A DNA stretch of 62,407 bases, the filler included, from Perkinsus olseni (Eukaryota): NCBI GenBank assembly GCA_013115125.1. It is 17 parts of 17 records of this genome, joined end to end, with 100 filler letters (N's around TTAATTAATTAA, not from the genome) between each part and the next. Parts side by side here need not be neighbours in the genome. Positions count along the whole stretch, not along the records: positions 36,958 to 40,530 come from JABANN010001380.1; positions 40,631 to 44,199 come from JABANN010001381.1; positions 44,300 to 47,854 come from JABANN010001382.1; positions 47,955 to 51,504 come from JABANN010001383.1; 13 more parts are not named here. The stretch is one strand, 5' to 3'. Made by a program: the position numbers and the translations under genes. The notes under the pieces were generated by a model. It made no database searches and was not told the origin of the DNA. It worked only from the letters and a program-made list of their open reading frames with translations. Positions 38,295-51,435 of this stretch are shown here, one piece after another; the stretch's first letter is position 1; every line of letters begins with the position of its first letter.

Positions 38295-40530
38295 ATGCGT
38301 CGCCGCACCCCCGCAGAGGATCTCATTGAATCGCCCGCCCATGGGCAGTACCAAGTGGCCAAGGTTCTGGGGAGGGGATCCTCCGGCCTTGTCAGCCAGG
38401 TAAGGCAGCCACGGCATCCCTGTAAGGTAGTTTCACGCCAACTGTCGGGAGCACACTCCTCAGGTGCGAAGGATATCAGACGGGGCTGTTTTCGCCATGA
38501 AGGACATCAACCTACACGCGGACTCAGGTGGGTGCTGTTACCGGGTGGGCCCGACCTCGTTCGAATGCCGTCATCACTTGCGACCGCTTTTCTAGATGTA
38601 CTTGGCCATTTCCCGATCGGATAAAACTTTCCTTTGGCCAGTTTAAACGATTTTGACAGCAATTTAGCGAGTGTCACGGAACTTGGAAAAAATTCTCAAA
38701 CTGAATTCGCTTTGTCACCGAATCTGGATTTATGAGCAAATTTGATCCAACAGCATGGTGAGTGAGAGTCAATATGGTGACACGAGCTTTTCTGAATTTG
38801 GTGACGCAGTTGAAAGTGCATGAGAACTTTTTTTGAAACTTGATTCCGTTTTCCATGCTCTTCAAAATCGGGTGAAAAAAGCTTTGATTTGATTGGGAAA
38901 TGGTGGAGTATTCGCCAATGCTATTGCAATCCACAATTTTCAAATGAGCACTACTGATGCATTTCCGCTGCCATTTTCGTTTCTCGATGTTGCCAATTGC
39001 CAGTCTAAGAAAGCCACATCATTGCCGCCCCGAACTCACAGATCTCACGTCACTAGTTGACCTAGGAGGCTCCGCTGAAGAAGCAAACAGAGCGCAGAGA
39101 GAAATTGGAGTCCTCGCGCGTTTGTCGAAGCTCTCACCAAACATCGTGACGATGGTCGAAGCTTGGACGTCGGATGATAACGAGAGCCTGAAGATAGGTA
39201 AGGGGACAGCAACGGAGGAGGGTCATGCTTGCCCCTTCACAGTGATGGAGTTTGTCGATGGAGGAAACTTACGAGACGTCCTCGACGAGTAGGGGAAAGT
39301 TTGGTAGCGTAACCGGACTCAAGCACAGGTATAAAAACAAGGACATTAGATTATCCAAGAAAACAGCGAGGGAATGGCTCATGCAACTTGGCATGGGGAT
39401 GGCCGTCATTCACTCCCTCAACGTGAGCCCGGTTGGGAAGCGTGCTATCAGACCACGTTCCCACTGAGTTTAGATCATCCACCGAGATATCAAGCCCGAC
39501 AACCTGCTGCTCACGAGGGACCGAACTCTCTTGAAGATAGCGGACCTAGGCCTTGCCAAGGATGAGAGTGTTAGGTGAGCTGAGTGCCGGGCGATCTAGT
39601 GCAGCCCTCCACTTTAGGTTTGGTGGTAGTCAAGTATCTTTGGTTGGAGCCATCGCTTACTGTAGCCCAGAGGAACTCCAGGGTAACCCAGCTCTGGACT
39701 ATCTGCCAGTATCGTGTGTCTGAGTGCCCCGTTCGACAGGCTCATCCTGCTCTAAGCAGTCCGATATGTACAGCCTTGGCTGCGTCCTGTATGAGATGCT
39801 CAGCGGCCTTAAAGCATTCCGGTGAGATGTCCACAGAGGAGAACACTGGGAGAAGTATCGTTTCTTCTCTCTCGTGGACAGGGGACCCATCGCTACCGTC
39901 GCCCGGAGTATTGTGGAGGGTACCTATGATCGACCACCACCGGACGGTCTCCACGATTTGAAGATGGTGGAAATCTGTCATAGACTGATGAACCTCAAGC
40001 AGGTTAGTGCGCGGCCACGTAGCCTTAAGTACCGAAGCAACTCTTCAGGGAGACCGCCCGTCGACGATAGAGCTTCTCGCGTCGCCCTGCCTCAAGAGTT
40101 ACGTCCGCAAATACTTCCTGAGGTCTGTCTCCCGACTCGCCATCCCTGTATGAGATTCTCTCCCGTAGATTCCCGGCACTGGGTCTGCGTTTTTCCGGTG
40201 ATATCAAGGCAGAGGAGACACTGTATTCCGAGATGATTGGAAGTACATCAACCGCCGCCTACTCACTTTATGGTGAGAGGCTTCGTCTATCGGAGAGGCC
40301 GGCCGGGTCAGAGTCTGATTGATCGCAGATTCAGATGACCAAGCGAGCGATTCATGCTCTCGCCTTTCTGCTGCTGACCTCAGAAATGTGGATCACCGGT
40401 TCTACCACACGGAGGTACTGAGAATCTTTATGGGAGATTGTAGTAGTCGTCCGACCACCTCAGGTCCTCGCTGACGAGTGGTTCAGTGCTTATGGCGGCC
40501 GGATTGTGGTCAACGGACCGGGGCCGGTAC
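38295..40530 (+). CDS. Ser/Thr protein kinase, NEK/NIMA-like, multi-exon; may extend upstream and beyond the scaffold end
   Basis: Spliced subdomains [75 protein letters not shown]. Confidence 0.9.
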
Positions 40531-41895
40531 NNNNNNNNNNNNNNNNNNNNNNNNNNNNNNNNNNNNNNNNNNNNTTAATTAATTAANNNNNNNNNNNNNN
40601 NNNNNNNNNNNNNNNNNNNNNNNNNNNNNNGTAGAAGGTATCTGCATCAGATCCGGGAGTGTTACGTTATTGAGTCATCATGGTTGCCAACAACAGTACA
40701 TAACCAAAATCTGAGGTTAAACTTCGCTCGGCCAGGCTAGCCAAAATCCAAGGAATCCGACCAGAATCCAAGGACTGTGGCCGAGGTCCAAGACAGGTGA
40801 CCGAATTCCAAGTCCTTCGTCTCGTTTACAAGGCGCATATCACTTTTCTTGTACTCCTGCATTTTCCTGGCGCAAGCCTGGCTTTCTGGTTGTCGTGGGT
40901 GACATCCTTGCCTTGGTCAACAGCTTTGGCTCGAGTGACTCCCTGAGCCTGAGGCCGCCTGAGGATGGCTTCGAGCTCACCCGAATCTACTGGTCTCTTT
41001 GAGAGACTCTCTCACACAGCGCTGCCTCCAGGATTTAAGGTGAAGGTCGCCCGAGGGGCGACCAAGTCGGGTTCCGGCCCGGAACTTCCACGTGAACCCG
41101 GAACTTCCGGGTTCACGTGGATTACGGTCAATACTCCACTATAGGTCTTGGTTTTCTTTTCTCACGCCTGTCAGCTTTGAATCCGGTCTCCGAACATGCT
41201 CACTTCACCGCCGGACGAACTCTGTGGAATTCCTCGTATTTGTACCCAAGGCGAAGAGTTTCCATTCCTCACCTCTCCTACCTTTGCCTCAGAAAATTGA
41301 CTTCTCTGGACAGCATGTACATCAATGTGCACGCGACGCAATGCTCGTCAAAACGCGTGAAGGCCAAAAGACGAAGAAGCATTCTTACTCGCCCTGAGCT
41401 GTCCCTAGGGACAGCGCCTTGGATTCTGTACTGTCCCTTGGACTTTGTCAAATTTCAAAGTCATAACTGTCCAGTTCCGGCTTCTGTGACTCAATAAAAC
41501 GCTTATGATCTAAGCCTGTGGGCAAGATTCGTCCGATAACCCTCGGCAGCCAGGCTGTGAATCAATACAGCCCGTGTGACACAGAAGGTTGTGCATACGT
41601 GTATTTCAAGATCCTGGAACTGCACGCATGCACACCGTGAACGCGAACGCCCGCCCCTTCGCCGCTGAGCGTGCAGTATGTCTACTAATCACTATTCACC
41701 TGCGAGCCTCTGAATGGACGTGTGGCTGCACACTGCCTTGTTTCAGGATAGACCTGCTAATAATATCCTCATAACGTCACATTATCGGTCGTTGATGATC
41801 GATGTATACGGTAGATACTTGCGCTTCGCTAACAAACAAGATCGAGGTATCCCATCGGGGAAATATCCTTAGCTTCTTCTCTCGTCGAACCCACC

Positions 41896-43446
41896 ATGTC
41901 TGCCGAGCGAGAGTTCCTCTCCTGGACCGATTCCTGCGGGAACGTCTACCACTACTATCAGAAGCCTATGCTGAGAGCCGTTATCTTCATTCTATTACAG
42001 GAGATCTGTGAGCGCCTGTCCTTAGCCGCCATTTTGCCAAACGCTGAGACCTTTTTCAAGGAGTACTTAAACTACACGGACGTTCAGGCCAATTCGTATA
42101 TTGCATCATTCTCAGCGATATTTTATGTGACGCCACTGTTCGCAGCGGTGCTGTCCGACACTTTTTTAGGCGTTCATGCGGCAATTTTATCGTTCTCTGG
42201 AATTTATATGCTAGGGCTTATCTTACTCTTCTTTTCTACAATCAAGAGCATCAGTCAACCATGGATGATCCATTTTTCCCTGCTCGTTCTCATCACCATC
42301 GGCGGAGGCGGTCTCAAAACCTGTGTGAACGTAATGGGTGCACATCAGTTCCACCCTGAATATCACAAGGATGACATCACTTCATATTACAACTATTTTT
42401 ACGCCATCATCAACATCGGCTTCTTGGTTGGTGGCGTTGCCGCTCCGATTGCAGTGCAAGAGACCAACTTCACTATTGCCTTTGCCATTCCTTTGACAGC
42501 CTTCGTCGTGGCAACCGCCGTGTTCTTACTTGGTGGCCTTCTCGGCCGATATGTTAAACCCAAGCCCCAAGGCTCTGCGGTCCTCAAAATTTCGCGAGTG
42601 ATGGTATATGCCATCGGGAAATGTTCTCTGGAGAAGAATAAGAAATCTCGAGGAGGTCACTTTGAGGATGGCTTCATAGAGGACGTTAAAGCACTTCTTC
42701 GTTTAGTCCCGCTGTTCTCGCTCACTATTCCTTTCGCTATTGCCTACGTTAACCTCGGTACATCCTACCTCACACAAGCCCAGAAAATGGACAGGCGAAT
42801 GTTTGACTGGCAGATCCCGGCAGCGCTCATGCAGAACATCGATCCTATAGCCGTCTTGATCAACGCCTTACTACTCAACTCCGTCCTCTTCCCGATGCTG
42901 AAGAGGCGCGGCATAGTACTCTCGTTTCTTGTGAGGTTCTTCATTGGAAATTTGCTTGGGATAATTTCTTTGGTATGCGCCGCCATAGTGGAGCTGCAGA
43001 TCAAGTCCAGGCCACTTTTCACCGTGTCAATATGGTGGCAAGTCCCCCAATTCTGGATCGTAGCAGCTGGCGAGATCTTTCTCTTTTCAACGTCATATGA
43101 AATTGCCTTCACCCTATCCCCGAGCTCATTGAAGGCAGTTGCATCGGCGGGGAACCTTGTGTTCCTCGCCATCGGGTTCGCCTTGGCTGGAGTGATCTTC
43201 CAGTTGTGTGCTCCGTGGCTGCCGAATTTCGACCCAAATAAGCCAACTGTGGCATCCCATAAAGAAGCCCACTATGAGTACTTCTATTCGGTCCTTATCG
43301 GACTGTGTTGTATCGGAGCGATCGGGTGCTTAGCCCTCATCCCTTACTTCAAGCGAGTCGCTGAAGCCAGCAAGGAACTGGAGGTCGCATCTCAAAAGGA
43401 TGGCGATATCGAGACCGAGCAAAGCGAAGGACGTTTGGAAGGCTGA
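41896..43446 (+). CDS. Proton-dependent oligopeptide transporter (POT/PTR family), intronless
   Basis: EICERL (ExxER), LSDTFLG, IGGGGLK, FYAIINIG, WQVPQF, GEIF motifs; ~12 hydrophobic segments. Confidence 0.96.
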   Translation: MSAEREFLSWTDSCGNVYHYYQKPMLRAVIFILLQEICERLSLAAILPNAETFFKEYLNYTDVQANSYIASFSAIFYVTPLFAAVLSDTFLGVHAAILSFSGIYMLGLILLFFSTIKSISQPWMIHFSLLVLITIGGGGLKTCVNVMGAHQFHPEYHKDDITSYYNYFYAIINIGFLVGGVAAPIAVQETNFTIAFAIPLTAFVVATAVFLLGGLLGRYVKPKPQGSAVLKISRVMVYAIGKCSLEKNKKSRGGHFEDGFIEDVKALLRLVPLFSLTIPFAIAYVNLGTSYLTQAQKMDRRMFDWQIPAALMQNIDPIAVLINALLLNSVLFPMLKRRGIVLSFLVRFFIGNLLGIISLVCAAIVELQIKSRPLFTVSIWWQVPQFWIVAAGEIFLFSTSYEIAFTLSPSSLKAVASAGNLVFLAIGFALAGVIFQLCAPWLPNFDPNKPTVASHKEAHYEYFYSVLIGLCCIGAIGCLALIPYFKRVAEASKELEVASQKDGDIETEQSEGRLEG

Positions 43447-46137
43447 GGAGTTCTCCCGAAGCGAAGGCTCTGCCCCTATGTTGCCCTACTCGAAAACCAC
43501 CCATTTCTTTATGCGGGTCTATAGTTTGTAACATTAATCAATTTCTCATACTCAGTATGTTGACCGTCACAGTGTGACAGGGCTCTCGAATTTTTTCCTA
43601 GTAATAGTGTAGATAAAGCTATTTCCTCGGTATTTATTATATCACGGTGTATTGCAGCAAATAATAAGTTTCACGCTCAGCCTGATTGACCACGCTCGAT
43701 CGAATCACTCGATTTGCCCAGTTTGAGCGGTTCTAACTGCTCGTCCATTAGGCGCTGTGGTGTTGAGTTTGTCAGGTGGTCCTGCACTAAGCAGGCAATT
43801 TGCAACCTACAACTTGCGCACGTTAATAAGTGTAGTTATCAAGAATTGAGAACAAGTTCAATGGAACGGATTGGTAGCAATCCTTCGCAGGAGGATCGGC
43901 GTGAGCGAAATTACCGAGGAGAGATTATGCGCGCACAAAAGAGTTGTGCGCGGGAGTAGGTTGCGCGAAGAGGAATGCGGTACTTCAACTGATCCAATGC
44001 TAGAGCTAGCGACGAGTGCTAGCAACAGATCCAGCCGTAAGTTGAAATGGCTGTGATAACGGCGGATGTGAGCTCGACCCAGCCCTCCGCTCCCTGAATG
44101 TGAAGGTAGGACGCTGGAGGCTGCTGACTCAACCCAGACTGGGTATGGAGTCGGGCAGTCATCTAATGTCCTACTGAACAGTGGTGGCCACCAACTCTCN
44201 NNNNNNNNNNNNNNNNNNNNNNNNNNNNNNNNNNNNNNNNNNNTTAATTAATTAANNNNNNNNNNNNNNNNNNNNNNNNNNNNNNNNNNNNNNNNNNNNA
44301 AGATGGGGCTTCCAAGACGGAAGCACGGTCCGGAGCCGCCACGCCGATCAGAGACTCCCAGGAGACGCTACAGCTGCTGCTCTGTAAGCCAACGCCAGCT
44401 GATTGGTTGTTAGTCTAACAACCATAACAATGTTAGAAAGCTCGGATGGCGGATAGGAAGATGAGAGCAGGACTCTCTCGCGCTATAGCGCTCACGTTCA
44501 GCCACGAGTGGCAGCCTTGGAGACAGAGTGACAACCGCGGCGCGCCTGGGTGACTTCTAACCAGTCCGAATTTTCTTCTATCGAGTTCGTTCCCCCATCG
44601 CCGGTATTGCCGAGAATCTACGGTCCTCCAACGTCGAAGAAGCACGAGATGAACTTTCTGAAGGCAGAATGAGGGCAAAGAAGGCTGGCGACCGCTACAC
44701 GGCATGTCGCCTGGCCCCTTGTGTCGATGCGGGACAGCATTGAGGTTAGCGGGAGCTTTTGGACGGCAATGTAACTTGCATTATGCAAGGTAGGCGTGAT
44801 ATACGGGATCGAGATCCGAAATGGCTCTGATAGTTGCACTGCGCCAACACTCCCAGTATATATATCTTTGTGCGACAGAATTTCACAGTGTCACTGTGTT
44901 GGTCACTGTGACGGTGACACTGTCACTACCTGAGAGCCTACGCCTGCAGGACATACCCCCCTCCTGTGTCGCATCGCGGACGGGATTTGGCAGAACGTTT
45001 CCTCGGCAAACTTCCTTGACTGATGTAGCGAAGCATGGGTCATCGTAGGGGGCCACACTCACTCATGTTACATGACTCTACTATCCGATAATGAAACGAA
45101 CTATGATATGTATATGCTGGCGAATGCCGTCACCGTTGGCGTTCCTGTCGACCGTTGGCAGCGCCACGGGCTTGCGTGACTCCAGCCACGGGGCCCCGAG
45201 TGGACAACACGCGGCCGTGGCTATACAGAGTGGCATCCTGCGAGACACCCTAGATGCAGCGGTGTTACGAGCGCTGCGAGATGGCTCCGTGGAATCCATG
45301 GCGTGGATGGCGATTGAGCAATTCCTGCGTGGTGGTTCCCAAGGATGGGAGGGACAGCTGCCGTCGTTCGCGCCGCCCCCTTGGACATAGCCTGGAGTAC
45401 TTACACCAGTAGTACTATTGACCCAGCTCGATTTCAGTAATGTATAGGAAATCTGGAAGGACGTTCTGGTTATAAGTGTTCAAACTTGGTGCCCTTGTAG
45501 TTGTAGAATGCCCTTTACGTGTGGCGGTCCTGGAGACACAGCACCAACTGCGGCGCACCCAAGTGACCTGTAGTCGGTCTGAATTTTCTTGATCGAATTT
45601 GTTCTGTCATCACCGGTATTGCGAAAGACCCTCAGTCCTCTAATGCCGAAGGAAACATGAGATGAGTTTGCGGTTGGTAAAGTGCAGACGAATAAGACTG
45701 GCGACCGCCACGGGGCATGTTACCTGACCCCTCATGGCGCTGCGGGAGTGGAGCAGTATAGCATGCGGCTGCTCTCATGACAGCACTGCGACCAAGGCGC
45801 GATCCATCATGGCTCGTGCCTTGGTCACAGTGATGGATCATCCATGAGGCCGAGGTCCGAAGCAGCACCCACAGTTGCACTCAGGTTGCATGGGGATTCG
45901 ACACTCGATATGTTCCTTTGAGCAGTTACCAGATACCCTCTCTCCCCCTGTTGGGTATGACGATGCGAGTATATGACCATTGCTACTATTGTTGTGTATC
46001 CTTATTGTTGCATTATCGCTCGCCAAGATACTCGCATGTATATCTGAAACCGCCGGCCCCGTAGGCCGAGACGGTCGTTCTAATTAAGCTCCATTCATCT
46101 AGTCGGGGGAGGTTGCGTTGTCAACTACGGATCTAAC

Positions 46138-47854
46138 ATGGTGACAGCTGACGAAATCGAGAACGCGCCCAATAGGGAGACTCTGACCAAGCTACGAGGA
46201 ACTCTTCGGTCGTCACGGACACGGAAGATGAACGGTGCGACATCCAGCAACGATGCCACCCATAAGCCGTACTGCTTGATCGGGCGAGACCTTATCGACC
46301 ATTGGCGAATCGTCTGCCATAGAGTCTCCGGGGCTTGGATTGACGGTCGGTTAGTCTTCGGCTCTGATCTACTTCCGGGTGCCCAAGCCGGCGAGACTAT
46401 CCAAGTCATCTCTGACATACCATTGGACAATCAGTTGTTCTACGGTGGCGATGCGACGACTGCGAGAGTTGACTCCTCGCAGTTCACTCTCCTTCCTCCT
46501 TCTTCGGTCCTCACCAAGCCGGTGGTCATTCGACTCCCACCGCGGACCGAGACCAGTCTGTTTGAGATTTGGAACTCTATCGCCGCTAAGGGATGGTTGG
46601 ACTCTTCCTCGGGTGGCTCGTATCGCACTCGGATCCGGCGTCTGCTTCCGTCTGAGCGTTTGGACGTTCCCGGTCAGGTTTACGTCGCCGGATTGTACCT
46701 CCCTGCTCTCTCAGTGCCGAGAGTAGCCGTTGGAGATTACGTCCTCGCGATGTACCGCCGCTTGAGCAGTGCACTTCAGCAGTCCTACGCTGAACTCGTA
46801 GGCGACTTTGTCAACAAGGGGTTCTGGGCCGAAGCACCTCCCAGTAACGGAGGTCAGTCGCCTTCGGTGCCAGCAGCCAATGTGTTCTTGGTGACCAACA
46901 AGTCGTCGTCTCAGCCACCTTCCAAGAGTCGCCTCGTCTGCGATCTCCGGCCGATAAACTCGGCCTTGCCTATTGCAGCCGTCCATGGTGGTCCGGGTCT
47001 AGCCGATGTCTTGTGCTCGATCAGGATGACGGCCCCTATGGCCCTTGCTACAGCTGACTGTCAGCTGGACAGCTGACTGTCAGCTACATCAGCGTGGACT
47101 CCACGAGGACGAGCAGCTGACAGCTGCTGACATTAAGTCGGCGTTCTACTCCATCAGGTTATCGTCTGAGTCGGGTACCCCTGCCATCTCCATTAAGACT
47201 GCCGTCGGGGGCAACTACATCACCGCGAGGGTTAGCTTCGGGGTACATATCTGCCGGCCCGTTGGCGCTGCGTGGAACTTTGGGAGTGGGCGTCTCTGGC
47301 TATCGATGCAGCGACGTGGCCACGGATACCTGGCTCCACGACTATTTCGATGACCTGGTCATCGCCGGGTTACCTGTTGCTGTCGCTTACAACCTCTGCC
47401 AGCTGCCCCGTTTCCTATTCCTTGGTGGCTTCTTATCTCAGGAAAAGAAGTTGGCTGTAGCCACGGTTCCGAGGTCTGTTGAGGAGATGCAGGCGGTGTT
47501 CGCTGAGTGTGATATGGACGTCAGCATTGGCTCCGTTGTCTCTATCTTCAATACCGACTTCGTCTACAGCTCCCGCGTAGGGCGTCCCATCCTGACCACT
47601 GACTGCCGGCGAGCTCTACGTGTGGGTCGTGCCCTGTTATTCTTTCAGAAGGAGTCCCCCCTCACCCAGAAGTTATCGAAGAAGGCTTTCTTCGGGATAT
47701 CGGGGCTGCTCTCCTTCGACTGTGCCAAGTTACATGCCCGTGCTCGACTACTGGCTGATACGTTGAGGTCACTGGTACTACAGTACTTGTAGAGTACTTG
47801 TACTTGTAGAGTTGGCGGCACCATCGGGATGGGTGTCCGCGGAATCATGAGGCC
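46138..47854 (+). mobile_element. BEL/Pao pol fragment (protease end, RT, RNase H start), inactivated by small insertions
   Basis: LIGRDL, RLVCDLRPIN, AD..IKSAF, RVSFG, YFDDL, LLSFD; frameshifts at ~47059, ~47246 and ~47780. Confidence 0.88.
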
Positions 47855-47954
47855 NNNNNNNNNNNNNNNNNNNNNNNNNNNNNNNNNNNNNNNNNNNNTT
47901 AATTAATTAANNNNNNNNNNNNNNNNNNNNNNNNNNNNNNNNNNNNNNNNNNNN

Positions 47955-48045
47955 GCGTATCGCCGGTTCACACCCTCTCCATCGCAGCCCAATATCTCCG
48001 GATCTTGTGTTACACTTCTAGCAGCTCGGCTGCGAGTGTTGCTAG
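47955..48045 (+). repeat. Unidentified repeat end terminating in CTAG (copy 2, 91 bp)
   Basis: 47977-48045 matches 7462-7530 with one A/G difference. Confidence 0.95.
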
Positions 48046-51000
48046 ATGCGACGTCGTCCTGGATGTCCTTCACGAAGGGAAGCATGGCTCTGGCGAACCC
48101 GAAGTTGTCGGTGTCAATGGTGCCCGCCGATAGAGCATCGTAGTTGATGATGTCACTTGAGGCTGGAGGATCTCCTGGCAATCGCTGATGGTAGGTAAAA
48201 TGTAGTGATGCTGGGGTGAATGGGATCCAACCTTTGGCCGTGCAGTTATGGGCTCTGATCGCCAGTAGATAGGATCTGATGTAGTCGTTCTCGGAGTTGA
48301 CTTGGCTGTTGATACTTCGTGACATCTGAACGTAGTCTCGATGGATTCTCTCCCAAAATGATAAGTGGGGAGAATACGGGGGTAGTACCAGATGTCGTAC
48401 TCCATGACTGATCAGATTCTTCTTAACCTGGCGATTGATAAAGGCCGACATGTCCTTATCGGTAACGAGTACCGATGGGGCACCCATCTCACACCAGATA
48501 GAGTGGAAGGCGTCGGAGACCGATAGGGCAGATGCATCGCTAAGGATGCGAGCACATGTGAAGCTTGTGATAGCGTCATGGACCAGTAGGATATACCTCT
48601 TACGAGGCGATGATGTCGTTGATCCTTCTATAGGTTCATCACGCTGATATGGTCCAACGATATCCGCTCCACAGACTTGCCAGATGGACTTAGTAGCTAG
48701 GGCTTGGACCGACCTAGATACGTAGTTAAGTCCTCGATACGCCTTCGATCTCAAGCAAGGTAGACAAGATGCTATAGTCTTCTTGACGATAGTAGGCAGT
48801 CCTTTACCATTATATCGTCGTTGAAGTTGGCCAGTGATCTTCCGATGGGCTTTGTGTAGATAGACGTAGTGGTAGATGATGGCCAGTAGTGTCATCAGCT
48901 TCTTAGCGTAGTCAGATCCTCCGAGGAAGATCACACCTAGGGGGTCTTCAAAGGCTCGTTTCCATTCAGACTGTTGGGGATATCGACGGATGAGGCCATG
49001 ATCATCGAGAATACAGATAGTTGCCAACCTCGAGATGTAAGTAGCCTTCACACCCATCTTGTTCTTGTTACCCTTGCCTTCTAGATACGACCTAAGCAGT
49101 CTCAGATCTTCATCTAGTTGTTGGCACCGATGAGCACAGGTCTCGATAGCATCCACGAACTCGATGGTGTCCAAAGGGGAATCTTGATCACAGGTATACT
49201 GTTGCTTAGCATAGCGTAGTATACGATCTAGTTCTGCATGTTGCTCTGGATCTTCGATATCAGATATCTTCGGAAGTGGGATGCCATCGGGGTTGACCGT
49301 GATAGTGCACAAGCAGTGTTCTTCGGGAGGTAGGTCCAAGGTTGACGACAAGTCAGGAGGATCATCAAGTAGATCACAGTCCTTGTAATCGTAGATTACT
49401 GTAGACGTCTTGATAGCATTCATGATCTTGTCGTCATATCGATAAAGACCGGGTCTTGCGCGAGATAGTGAGTCAGCTGGGTTGATCTCAGATGGGACAT
49501 GATAGATGACCGCGTTTAAGTCAATGCATAGCTGACGTATCTCCTTCAACCTTCGGCGTTCTACAACTGGTAGTCGTTTATCATTAGATAGCCTTCTCAG
49601 ACGATAGACGTTGATCTCAGAGTCGGTAATGACGTAGAGCTCCCTCGGTTGTGGATCGGGCCGCAGTGGATGTAGGACATGTTGTTGTGGAGTCCGATGT
49701 GTCTTCACAGGTAGATACAGTGAATACATCTTGATCCATTTCAGGCCACGCCACAGAGATTCAAGCTCCTTCCTGGGAATGCTCCACTTCTTCTGACTCT
49801 TGGGAAACAGACCAGCTCGGCTCATGATGCGATCATTAGGAGATGATACGCATCTAAGATCGATACCCCATGCCATGACTGAGGCATCAACTGATAGGAT
49901 AACCGAGTGGTTGTTGATATCGATGAACCTTGGTACGCCATACTTGATGTCGTCACAAAGACCTTTGGAGCGATCGACCCAGTCAGATACTTGGCGTCGA
50001 TGGTCATCGGTGACAATGGCGTCCCAGTCCTTAGTAATCTCGGTGATCTGTCTCCAGATCAAGCGACCGATCATCGTCTGCTCGAGGATGAGACCGAGGG
50101 GATCGTACAAGGATAGCAAGTAAGAGCTAGCCTTCCTTTTAGACATCACTTGATCGCTCGGTACTCGATCAGCCTCGTAGACCGCATGAAGCAGGCCGCA
50201 AGATTGGCGAAATAGATAACCGAGTAGCTTCTTCAGGATCTCTGGAGCGTCGTCATGCTGGTGAGGATTATCCCATGATGAGAAGTTCTTATTGGGATCG
50301 AACAACTTGTGATGGCCTTCATACACGTGGGCAGTGAAGCTATAGCAATCGATGGCATGAGACTGAGACGCTCCTCCGATATAGACGTCGTCGACGAACC
50401 AGACCATTGATACCTCGATAGGGATCTGAGGGCCGTACTTGATCCAGTCGACGTTGTCATTAGTCGGGCATAGGAGAACCTCCTGTAGATCTTCTTCGGA
50501 GAGATAACAACCGGGTACCGTAGCTGTCGATGGTCTAGTTGGGTCTTGTTGTTTGGCGAGTAAAGTGATGTTGTAGATCTCATCGGACATGTCATTCAGA
50601 TCCGTTTCCAACATGGCTGGGGCACAAGTGGATCCGAAACTGACTCGATTCCATAGCAGGGTATAGTTACCGATACAAGTATATCCAGTGTAGGGGATAT
50701 CGGCAGGATCGGCGAACATCTCGCAAAAGGCCTTGGAGATATCGGCCGATATCATATACTCCATGGATCTCACCGACAGTAAGGTACCCACAAGGTTGTG
50801 TTGAGTTGCTCCTCCTCGATGAGAGTATCGATTGAGAACTCGATAGTCCAATACGATCCGACAGGGAGTGGTACAGTGGTCCTTCCGAAAAACCATGTGG
50901 CTCGGGGTGAAGTGGACCGGCTTGGGGACGATAGTATCAGCCATAGATGTACCCTCGTGTAGATGGCGCCAGACCGCTTGACATCTCTCCGATGTTGGTG

Positions 51001-51435
51001 GTATAGCATAGTTGCCGATGGAGTTATCTTGGACGATACCGCAGAACTTGCGATCGATGAATGTCTTCAATGATTGGTGAAATAGGTCCTTTTCCTCAGA
51101 TGATAGTCGTTGTACTGAAGCTGTTCCTCGGCGAGCCGCAATGCGGAAGTTGTGGTTAGGACGATCATCCGAGAGCCAAGGTACCGATAACTGACATCGA
51201 CCAAGTAATGCGCTGTAGTCAGATATCCATCGACGTTTGATAACATCCCAAGGTGGAAGATCATCAGTGAGGTCAGACCCTTGTTCTTGTTGATCGGGTT
51301 CCTGGGACTCATCAGTATGATCCATGGGTTGGTAGGGATCAATGCAGGGAGAGTCTGGAACCGGTCGGTGTAGATCAGGGAGGACCTCGATGTTATTGAT
51401 GATCGTGCCATTCCACCAACCTCCGTGAAGTAGAT
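48046..51435 (-). mobile_element. BEL/Pao pol, uninterrupted ~1130-codon RT-RNase H-integrase frame
   Basis: CRIVLDYR, ADISKAF, RVSFGSTCAP, FVDD, LYDPLGL, VDAS, SIPRKEL, ITDS, HVPSEINPADSLSR, H-H-C-C, ADIVGP, VTD, WERIH. Confidence 0.96.
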
